The notes beneath the pieces are model-generated. The model was not told the origin of the DNA, did not search any database, and worked only from the letters and a program-made list of their open reading frames with translations. A DNA stretch of 19,089 nt, from contig NW_021824277.1 in assembly GCF_006345805.1 (NCBI RefSeq), forward strand, positions 1 to 19,089, read 5' to 3'. Source of the DNA: Octopus sinensis. Taxonomy: Eukaryota. Positions 9,876-19,089 of this stretch are shown in pieces (the first letter of the stretch is position 1; every line of letters starts with the position of its first letter). Both the position numbers and the translations under genes were made by a program.

Positions 9876-12800
9876 CTACAGGATCATGCTCAAATGGTTT
9901 CGTTTACTAGCACGCACCATCTTTGCAACATTCACCCATCTTTTTTTGAATCTTTCGCGAGACAAAACTTCCCTCTCCATTCTCACCTTCTTTTCAAGTG
10001 GTACTTGAAAAAGTTGATGAGCGATTGGCCAGAGAGGTAAGTGTTTGTCTCTAATCCTTTCGCTCGAGTCCACCACACACATTCTTTCACCATGGCCACC
10101 AGTACGATGAAAACTGCCTTGCCTTCCCGGTTGAGGGAAGGGGGCGGAGCAATTCTCACGATAGACTCGGCCGATAGGCGGATTCGTCCCACGTGACAGC
10201 AGCCGTTCGGCATAAGCCCACAGGTCGGAAATGGTTGGACATTGCACGAGTGCGTGCAGAACGGTTTCGTCGCTCTGACCGCATCTCGGGCAAGTCGGTC
10301 CAGTGTGTCTGGAACCGTGTCTGTAGAGCTTATCCCGAACAGGTAATGCTTCTCGATAGCACTGCCAGGCCAGGGATCTTTGGTGATTGTTCATAGGTCC
10401 CGGCCCGAAAGTTGTCCTGAACAGGCGGGTCAGGTGTTCCTCGTCGACGCCCAGACTCTGCCCGAGTTCGTCGTCGCACCTCCCCTCCACTAATCCTCTA
10501 TAGAATGCCTTTGTTGTGATGGAGTCGCACAAGTTCGATCCCGGACGGCAGAGTTGCTTGAGAGCAACGCGACACTCGCGGTGCCATTCGCCTAGCTCGG
10601 TCTCTGCTTGATCCATGACTGTAGTTCGTCCAAGGAGACGAGCTGCGGGAAAGCGCGCCGCACAAAAGGCGACCACCCCTGTTCACCGTTGTCTATGAAG
10701 CGCCGGAGATGTCGCAGTCTCAGCGCATGTCTGCGCATCATCAACCACGGCATGCCCAGCCCCCCCATTTAGCGGGTGGTGGCAGCAAATGGATCGCCTA
10801 ACCATCGGAACGTTTCCCTTCCACAAGAAGCGGAAGAGTATGCGTTCCAGTTTGGTGATGGTAGGGTCGGGACAAGGCACGACGGTCAGACGATACTCGA
10901 TGACGGATGCGATTGTACGCGTTCGCCACCTCCGCCCGACCTTTTAGGGATAGCTTTCTCTCAGTCCATTCTGGGTGAGAGTAGCCACCCTAGTCGTTAT
11001 CTCGCCCCAGTTCTTCTCCATTTGGAGGTCCGGACCGAACCAGACCCCGAGCAATTTAACCGGTCCGTCCGTCCAGCGTCCCACGATGGAGACGCTGTTG
11101 GACGGCATGGGCTTGCTTCTCCAGGTGCCGAGCCGCAAGCCCACTGACTTTCCCCGGTTAATTTTTGCTCCCGTTACCGCTTCGTATTCTTTCAGTGTCT
11201 CGCCGACCAGCTCGATGTGCTCGTAGCTCGACACTATGACGGTGACGTCATCCGCGTATGCAGACACGCTCCTCCCGCATCCCAGCTCTCGTGGGATGCC
11301 CCTCAGCGTCGCCAGTTTCCGCAGTAGTGGCTCAAGAGTCAGTACATACAGCAGCGATGAGAGGGGGCATCCCTGACGAACCGAACGCATGATGTTAAAA
11401 GGTCTGGATAGATGACCATTTACGCGAACTACTGAGCGGATGCCGCTGTATAAGGCAGCGATCCAACCGCGGAAAACTGGACCGAAACCAGCCGCTTTGA
11501 GGACAGCCTCCAAGTAGTGATGGTCTACCCTATCGAAGGCTTTTGATTGATCCAAATTGATCAGCGCCCCACCCATGCCAGGATTTTTAACTACCCTGTC
11601 TATGATGTAGCGCATCAGATGGAGGTTGTCATGAATACTTCTACTACCGGCACGGCGCATGTTTGCGCCTTGTCGATTAGTTTCTTGATGACAAGCGCCA
11701 ACCTCTCGGCTAACACCTTGGCCAAAATTTTCAAATCTGCGTTGAGCAGAGTGATGGGCCTGAAATTATCTATGACGTCCCCCTTGTTTGGGTCTTTCTT
11801 GATCAGTGCCACTGCTCCTCGCTTTACAAAAGCAGGAATACTCCCGTTCTGCTGCCAGTTGCAGTAGACAGCTGCCAAGACGCCTCCAAACAAGTCTGGC
11901 ATATGAAAATAAAATTCGTAGGGCAGACCATCCAAGCCTGGTGACTTGTCTCTCTCTCGCGCAGCCTACCATCGCATCCTGTACGTCCGCAGCTGTGATA
12001 GGCTTTTCACAAGACTCCACCTCCTTGCTGAGAGTCGTGGCAAGGCATGCAGGTAGGCACTAAAGTCCACTCTGCTTTCTGACTCACCACTTGTCCCAAA
12101 CAGTTGGGTGAAGTGTTGTTGAAAAACCCCACACATCCTTTTAGGCTCGAGCAATTCGCGCCCCTGTTCATCTATAAGAGACTTGATGGTGGCTCTGTTT
12201 GCCTCGTTGCGTCTCCACCACTCGGGCCTCTTGGGCGGCTCCAACTCCTTCGTTCCTCAGAGCACGCATCCTAGCTCTGACAAACAACGCATCCCTCGTG
12301 TTTGGCGTTGAGGTGTTGGTCGAGGGCCAATCTCGCCGCCAGTACGTTGGACGGACGCGATGCCAGTTCTAAGTGCCTCTTCTAAAACCTTAACTAATTC
12401 TCCCTCTATTCTATTTCGGTCTAATGCTAGGGCTCTACTGTATCTGACTGATTCTGCTTTAATCGCTTTTTTAGGGCATACCACCATCTGTTGTTGATGA
12501 TGGTACCCGTCAAAGCTCTCTTAACTAATGTGCTGATCCGGTCCCTGTAAACCTGTCGTGCTGTAAAAGACGCGTTCAGTTTCCAGTAACCAGGACCCTG
12601 CCTATGTGTCTTATCTAAGTCAAGTGTACAAGTCACAAACTTGTGATCTGTGTAACTGACTATATGAAATTGTGGACAACCTACACTATTTTTATCTATT
12701 GTCCTACAGAATACTCTATCTAAGTATGATCTGGACGACCCGATGCGGTTACTCCATGTCCACATTGGCACATTCGGTGGTCCAGTCGGTACCTGTCAGA

Positions 12801-13318
12801 CAGTTGGAAACGTCTGAGCAGGTCTTTGAGGCATTTGCATCCCCTTCTATTGCTATCTCTGCCCACGTAGTCTAGATGCGTGTCCAGGGTGGCATTCCAA
12901 TCCCCCACTAAAGTAAAGGACGAGACGTTCCCATGAAAGACTCTAGACGTCGAAAGAAATCTGGTCGGCCTGTTAAGGACGGAGCATAAACTGCTATCAG
13001 TCGAAAAGCACACTCATTGCTGCCATCGACATCCAAACGACCAGCCTACCCTCCGGGTCTAGGAAATTTGCTCTTACTTTGAGATCCAGACTCTTCCGGA
13101 TAAGCACCGCGGTGCCACCTCCGCCCATTCTCGGTAGACACGGAGAAAAATAAATGTTGAAATGTGTACCGAAAATGTGCTGGAGTGCCCGCAAGCTGTG
13201 GAGTCTGGTCTCACTGATGGTATGATATCAGATTTAGTGACTTGATGTCATTTAACAGGTAGCCTTGTTTCCAAGGCGACCCCAAGCCACGTACATTTAT
13301 ACTACCTATTCTGAGCAT
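9876..13318 (-). pseudogene. ORF2: APE endonuclease + reverse transcriptase + C-terminal CCHC zinc finger (frameshifted as assembled)
   Basis: Start MLRIGSINVRGL at 13318. Endonuclease motifs SETR, GTAVL, VYAP, GDWNA (12891-12905), SYLDR and TDH. RT motifs SPGLDGLPYEFY, NFRPITLLNADLKILAK, LDQSKAFDRVDH, VRQGCPLS and YADD (11247-11258). C-X2-C-X8-H-X4-C finger CPRCGQSDETVLHALVQC at 10239-10292. About 17 frameshifts found when stitching by hand. Confidence 0.93.
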
Positions 13319-13360
13319 GTTCCGATAAAAGTGCAAAAAAGGAAAAGGAGAGAGAAAAGG

Positions 13361-15503
13361 TTACTTGTTTTTCGAAAGTTCTTTGTCTTTCACCTCACGG
13401 TCTTCTTCTATGAGGCTTTTGTACAGTTTTTTTGATGAGTACTTTTGAAATCTCCCTACTGCATCAGGGTAAAGAGATTTCAGGGTGCTGTATGTGTTCT
13501 GTGTCACGTGTATTATTTTAATGTGTTGTGGTGGTGTGTGTGTGGGTGGTTACTTGTTTTTATGTCGTTTTCAGTAATGTTAGTGTTTGACCTAATGTGT
13601 TCCATTAGGTCGTGGTTGTTTGTGTTTTATGGCTGTCAACATTTTTGGGGGGTTTGATGATGGTGTGTTTGTGTTGATGTGTGTGTTTTCTGTGGATGTT
13701 TTTGTTTCGGGAGTGGTGTATCTTCCCGCTTTGTTTGTTATTTTTCTTTTCTTTTTTTTCCCCTTTTTCTTCTCCCCCCTGTGGCTATTTGCCAATCTTC
13801 CGTGTCTTCTTCGTCTAATGACAGATCAGACGAATCGGAGTCTGGAAGAGGGAAAGTATTGGGGTCTATTGTCGACTGTGTTGGTTTTGTTGTTGGTGTT
13901 GGTTGGTGAGCGTTTGGTTGTGGTGTATGCGGTTTTGGATGTGGGGTTTGGGTATTTTGTGTTTGAGTGATTGTGGGTATTGTTGTGTTGTTTAGGGTCT
14001 CAATTTTGTGGGGATTTGGAGTTGTAATTGTTTCTTCATTTTGCTGGGTGGTCTTTTTGGCAGATGTCCTTGGTTTGGGAGTTGGTATATTCTTGTTGTT
14101 GTTGTTGGTGATGCTGCTTCTGTTCTTGGTGCTGCAGTTGGTGTGGTTGTTTGTTTGGTGAGGTTTGTTCCTGCAAAAAGTGGTTGTGTTAGTAACCTTG
14201 TTTATTTGTTTTTGTTTCCGGCTGCTGTTGTTGTTGCTGTTGTTTTCTTGCGGCAGATTTGCAGTCTTTTTTGAGATGTTGCTCACTGCCGCATATGTAG
14301 CAACGTGGTCTTCTGCCATCGACGACCACATATAACTTGTGGTCGTCTGATACACATATCTGGGGGTATTTTTTTTTATATCTTCATGATGTATATGTAG
14401 AAGAAATTCTATTTTCTTTCCCACCCAGTTTTTATGCTCTGTGACTGTGGTTTCCAAAATAGTATAATTCGCCATTTTTACGCATAAGCCTTTACAAGCC
14501 ATAGACTATTGGCTATTTTGGGGACATTGTTTAGAGTGATCTTAGTCACTTTCTGTCCCCGATAGCTTGGTGTAAGTTGGAGTTCATCTGAGTGAAGAGT
14601 TAGCGTTGAGAAATGTCTAGCTAACTCTTCGGTGTAGAAAACGACTTGTATGTGGGCAAATTTGTTCCACCAGGTTACATATTCTTTGTGATCCCAGATG
14701 GGTTTCAAGCACTTCTCTATTTTGCTGTGTTGGCCTTCTCTGGGATTTTTGTTTTTTTGTTAACTATTTTATAAATGATTGTTCGTCTTTTTTTCATTTT
14801 CCAAAATATTTCTGGTATGTTTATTTTTACTATACTTCTGATTCTGTTATTTTGATGTTCGTGTCCTGTATTTGTTGAGCCGTAAAGTATATTGTTGTTT
14901 TTTTTTTCTTTAATCGCCTCAGCGAAATTTGTTGTTGTTTTGTTATTGTTGTTGCTTGTGGTGATGTTGTTGTTGGCTGCAGTTTGTAAAATTGGTGTGT
15001 AGGTTTTCGATCGTGCAAGTAGGAAGGGGTGGAAAATTGCCTGCGTACTTTAGTCCTGCACTAGGGCAAAATTCGACATTTCGTTTGCTTGTCGTCGTTA
15101 TTTTTTCACTTGTTGGTGATGGAGTGAGCAGTGGTTGAAGGGAATTGTTGTTGTCGTCGTCGTTGTTGTTTGTTGTTATTGTCGTTCTTGGTGACGGCGG
15201 TGGTGTTGGTAGTATTAGTAGCATTGACGGCACGGTCTTTGGTGACGGTGATGTGATGTTATTGGTGGCGATATCTTTAGTAGGGATAGCAGTTTTAGTA
15301 GCAGATTCTGCCATGGTGTTGGTGGTGGTGGTGGGACTCACTGATGGTGTTGACGGTGCTTGGCCTTGCGACTTTGTTTTGTATTTGTTGCTGTTGGTGG
15401 TGGTGGAGTTGTCAGGTTCGGCGTATGCTAACAGAGCATCCTGTTTTTCTGTTTCTGCGTCACGCTTCACTTGCAACTTAGCCTCGTGGTGGCCAGTGGC
15501 CAT
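13361..15503 (-). pseudogene. ORF1: gag-like nucleic-acid-binding protein with CCHC zinc knuckle (frameshifted as assembled)
   Basis: ATG at 15503 (MATGHHEAKL). T/N/P-rich low-complexity stretches surround a globular core (KPIWDHKEYVTWW...KVTKITLNNVP). A frame not shown in the track gives VVVDGRRPRCYICGSEQHLKKDC, i.e. C-X2-C-X4-H-X4-C at 14261-14302. Basic GGRRKRGKK patch. Stop TAA at 13361-13363 after ...DKELSKNK. Confidence 0.82.
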
Positions 15504-15527
15504 TTTGGAATAAAATGGCTAAATGAA
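15498..15527 (-). promoter_or_regulatory. Inverted pair of YY1/Pho-like sites (GCCATTTT...AAAATGGC) overlapping the ORF1 start codon
   Basis: Element strand TTCATTTAGCCATTTTATTCCAAAATGGCC. GCCATNTT is the established YY1 core. Function here is inferred. Confidence 0.4.
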
Positions 15528-15723
15528 ACCACGAAGGCTATGAGAATTTTTTCTTTAAATTTTGCCCACAAGGGGCAAAATTTTGTGTTGATATTTATCA
15601 AAGGTTTACAGTGGATGTTGTTGTACAACTTTTAAGCAAAAAATGTTTGTCAATATACACTTTTAAATAGTCAAAATAAATGATTACCTTCGGAGCCGAA
15701 ACGACATCACATCCGTCAGTCAG

Positions 15724-15759
<36 letters not shown>
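15724..15759. repeat. (AGAT)9 microsatellite abutting the 5' end of the Tx1 element
   Basis: Nine perfect AGAT units, in the same orientation as the array at the other end. Confidence 0.97.
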
Positions 15760-16145
15760 GTAACCTCAAAGAGACAATAGCTTGGGGATAAATGGTAGTT
15801 ATCCATCAGTGAGCAATCTTGGATTTAATGGAATACAATTGTATCCAATGGCAATCGCAGTATATTATTCAGTAGAAGATACAGTCCAACAGACTCCATT
15901 ACGGCAATACACTAAGCCATAATGGATTGAAGAATTCCTACTCAGAACCAGATTAAGCTTTTCTAGGCCCTAGGACCATAAATACTGTAATACGTTTAAT
16001 TTTTTTTTTCTCTGAATCTCTAAAGATCCTTCCATGACTATATTGGGGATTATGGCATTGTTGAAATCTAAAGGTGTTTATATTCAGTTACTTGATTGAA
16101 TTAGGTTCTTTTAAACTATTTTTTAAGCTTATAATCCATTAGGTG

Positions 16146-16713
16146 TTACTTATTTCAGTCATTCGAATGCGGCTATGCTGGGGCAGCGCCTTGAAGGGTT
16201 TCGTCGAACAAATCTACCCCATCAATATATTTTTTTAAGTCTGATTTTTATTCTATTGATTACTTTTGCCGAATCGCTAGAATATGAAGGTGTAAATAAA
16301 CCAACAGCGGATATCAAAGAGTGGTAGTAGTGGTGGGAGAAACACAAGAACAAAAATCTAAAAAAAACACACATACACACATATATACGACGAGCTTCTT
16401 CTCAGTTTCGTTTACCAAATCCACTCAAAAGGCTTTGGTCGGCTCGGGGCTATAGCAGAAGATACTTGTCCAAAGTACCACGCAGTATGACTGAACATGA
16501 GACCACATGGTTGGGAAGCAAGTTTCTTATTTCTTTATTGTCCACAAGATGCTAAACATAGAGGGGACAAACAAGGACAGACAAAGGGATTAAGTCAATT
16601 ACATCGACCCCAGTGCGAGACTGGTGCTTAATTTATCGACCCCGAAAGGATGAAAGGCAAGTCGACCACATGGTTTGGAAGCAAGTTTCTTACCACACAG
16701 TCACGTGTGCACC
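16146..16713 (-). mobile_element. SINE family B, full-length degenerate copy interrupted by a family A insertion
   Basis: Reverse complement matches the head at 7226-7397 and the tail at 1931-2100. Interrupted at 16530-16664. Confidence 0.85.
16530..16664 (-). mobile_element. SINE family A, 5'-truncated, nested in the family B copy, ~28-bp TSD
   Basis: Matches ~3585-3722. Flanked by ACCACATGGTT(G/T)GGAAGCAAGTTTCTTA at 16502-16529 and 16665-16692 (1 mismatch). Confidence 0.92.
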
Positions 16714-17209
16714 TGTTAAAATGATTTTTCTTTCCTTCATATAGTATTGTGATGATAGCTTGTAGGTTGTCCGAAGAAATTTGTTGGGAAATTGTTTGTC
16801 GTGGTTGAGATACCTGTGGAGAAAAGTTGCTTGTTGAATTATATGTCCCAAACTTGCAGCCCTTGAAAGAAACCCTTAATTCTAAATCTGGTCCAGCTAC
16901 TAAACATACACTCACGTATACTAATCAAATATCAAAGGTTAATGTTTCTTCCGCGTTTACGGTTAGTCTCTATGGAAATAAGGAAAGGTCTTTAGTCAAA
17001 TCAAGCTGACTTTAATGATCGCTTTGCTTCTACTTTCTCGCACAGACGTCGCGCCGCGTTGCACCGCGTCTCCACACAACTGTCAATGCTACAGGACATG
17101 ACACCGATGGATTCGCAAACAAAACATATTGATCGGTTGGAGCCATTGTTGGATTGTAGAGGCTGTGTAAATTGAACTTACAGGACAACTAGTTAATCGT
17201 TGTAATTAT

Positions 17210-17518
17210 CATGGCCGTCGTTATCGTCGTCGTTGTCACCACCACCACCACCACCACTGTCACAGCACCAGCATCATCACCATCACCATCATGATCTTCA
17301 TCATAATCATCATCGTCGTCGTAATCGTCATTATCATAACCGTCGTCACCAACATCATCATCACCACCATCATCACCACCATCACCAATACGACAATCAT
17401 CAACGTCATTATCATCATCATCATCATCATCATCATCACCACCACCACCACCACCACCACCACCACCACCACCACCATCATCACCACCATCACCAATACG
17501 ACAATCATCAACGTCATT

Positions 17519-17549
<31 letters not shown>

Positions 17550-17614
17550 CCACCACCACCACCACCACCACCACCATCACCACCATCACCAATACGACAA
17601 TCATCAACGTCATT

Positions 17615-17648
<34 letters not shown>

Positions 17649-17715
17649 CCACCACCACCACCACCACCACACCACCATCACTACCATCACCAATACGACA
17701 ATCATCAACGTCATT

Positions 17716-17749
<34 letters not shown>

Positions 17750-17815
17750 CCATCACCACCACCACCACCACCATCACCACCATCACCATCACCATCACCA
17801 GCAACAACAACTTAA
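17210..17815. repeat. (ATC/ACC)n microsatellite with ~100-bp higher-order repeat
   Basis: Anchor ACCAATACGACAATCATCAACGTCATTATC recurs at 17384, 17492, 17588 and 17689. Confidence 0.93.
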
Positions 17816-17967
17816 CAACAGCAATATTAGAAGCCACAAAAGACACACATATCGAACTAATTGATTTGCTGTATTTCGTAAGGTTTCAATATAATTCTAT
17901 TGATTTGTTTTGGATACCAACACAATGCACTGTTTCCCCACACACCTTAATGACAATTAATGAAACA

Positions 17968-17968
17968 C

Positions 17969-18017
<49 letters not shown>

Positions 18018-18268
18018 GTCATACGAACACATATACAGCATACATGTTTATATGTATGTCAATGTGTATATGTGTGTCCGTACATATACATACATGTATG
18101 CATGTTGTGATTTTGGATATAGTCATATGAGTATATTTTTATGTTATTGATTATTTTAATTATACGCTTCTTTTGTACAATGTTCTCTTTCTATTATGTG
18201 GACTAATGATGTATACGTTGTGTATGTTGTGTATGTGTTACAATATATAATAACGTTTTATATTTATA

Positions 18269-18299
<31 letters not shown>

Positions 18300-18694
18300 T
18301 ATATTATATATATACATATATACACACACATATATATATATATATATATATTAGTATTGTATATTATAATATAAATGTACTGTAATATATAATATATATT
18401 AAATATTTTTTGTAATATAATGTGTATAGATATATGTATTATAGTTTATATATACTATAATATATAATATAATGTATATATACATATATGTATGTATGTA
18501 TGTATGTATGTAGGTAGGTATGTATATGTATATATATATATTCATATATATATATACATATATATATATACTATATATATATACATTATATATATATATA
18601 ATATATATACATATATATATACATATAATATAATAACATATATATATAGCATATATATATATATATATATATATATCTATATATATATATTTAC

Positions 18695-18736
<42 letters not shown>

Positions 18737-18773
18737 TATATATATATATAATATTATATATATATATATACAA

Positions 18774-18806
<33 letters not shown>

Positions 18807-18848
18807 ATCTATATATATTATATATATATATATATAATATATATATCC
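17968..18848. repeat. Extended (TA)n / (TATG)n low-complexity region
   Basis: TA runs at ~17968-18015 and ~18245-18848, with AT-rich spacers between. Confidence 0.9.
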
Positions 18849-19089
18849 CATGCAGGAAATTGAGAATATATGGTTTAAATAAGTTAATGAGAAGCAAGTT
18901 GGTTCAAGCTATCAAATTCAGGAATATAGGAGTGAAAGTCTGCATCTTCATTCAGCCATTTTAAATCAAAATGGCCGACCGTCGCTACAGACGTCAGTCA
19001 CTCCCAGCTTTTTTAATGTTGTTAGCTTAGCCAGTTTGGGTTCGGTTAACCGAATTAAATTGTGTGAATGTGTGTGTACGTGTTTGTGT

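Larger units (their letters stand above)
9575..15723 (-). mobile_element. Apparently full-length Tx1-clade (L1 superfamily) non-LTR retrotransposon
   Basis: Minus-strand layout: ~220-nt 5' UTR, ORF1 (15503-13361), 42-nt spacer, ORF2 (13318-9876), ~300-nt 3' UTR ending AATAAAAGAAAGT. GATA repeat lies directly on both sides. The Tx1 call rests on recalled motif style (KLSLKGRAEVA, GGLG, CPRCG..ETVLHAL..C), not on a phylogeny. Confidence 0.9.

Noticed and set aside
13445-15513. Plus-strand hydrophobic ORFs (V/L/F-rich) opposite ORF1, and plus-strand ORFs opposite ORF2
   Set aside because: Antisense shadows of the A/C-rich ORF1 and of ORF2; no independent evidence for an antisense gene.
16716-17009. 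ORFs 16628..16915 (-) and 16827..17009 (+)
   Set aside because: No recognisable motifs; the minus ORF runs into SINE sequence.
17384-17720. Repeat-spacer appearance suggesting a CRISPR-like array
   Set aside because: The 'spacers' are microsatellite tracts rather than unique sequences, the context is eukaryotic and there are no cas genes.
5716-18860. CCATGCAGGAAA at ~5717 and ~18848, both near the end of TA runs
   Set aside because: 12-bp match with no flanking similarity; plausible by chance in 19 kb.
17233-18863. Poly-His (261 aa) and YI-repeat ORFs
   Set aside because: Products of the ATC/ACC and TA arrays.

Overview
AT-rich eukaryotic non-coding DNA, very dense in microsatellites. I found no host-gene exon. 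The SINE families look like those I recall from Octopus genomes (recollection, not a database hit). Recognisable content: (1) a ~6.15 kb apparently full-length Tx1-clade (L1 superfamily) non-LTR retrotransposon on the minus strand (9575-15723). It has ORF1 (CCHC knuckle) and ORF2 (APE endonuclease, RT, C-terminal CCHC finger), and (GATA)n repeat abuts both of its ends. (2) A decayed Tc1/mariner DD37E (TRT-like) DNA transposon (2342-4087) with ~190 bp IR/DR-type terminal inverted repeats. (3) A 5'-truncated RTE-BovB-like LINE whose (TAGA)n tail starts at its stop codon. (4) Several copies of three tRNA-derived SINE families, some nested and with clear target-site duplications. The most interesting signal is a linked set. 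The Tx1 element sits inside a GATA microsatellite, which may be a sequence-specific target. Its last ~42 nt match the 3' tail of SINE family A at 34/42 positions, suggesting a SINE-LINE partnership. The same hairpin core recurs in the LINE's own 5' UTR. Its frameshifts fall almost entirely in homopolymers or short repeats, so the genomic copy may be intact or very young. Most ORFs in the supplied track are microsatellite artefacts.
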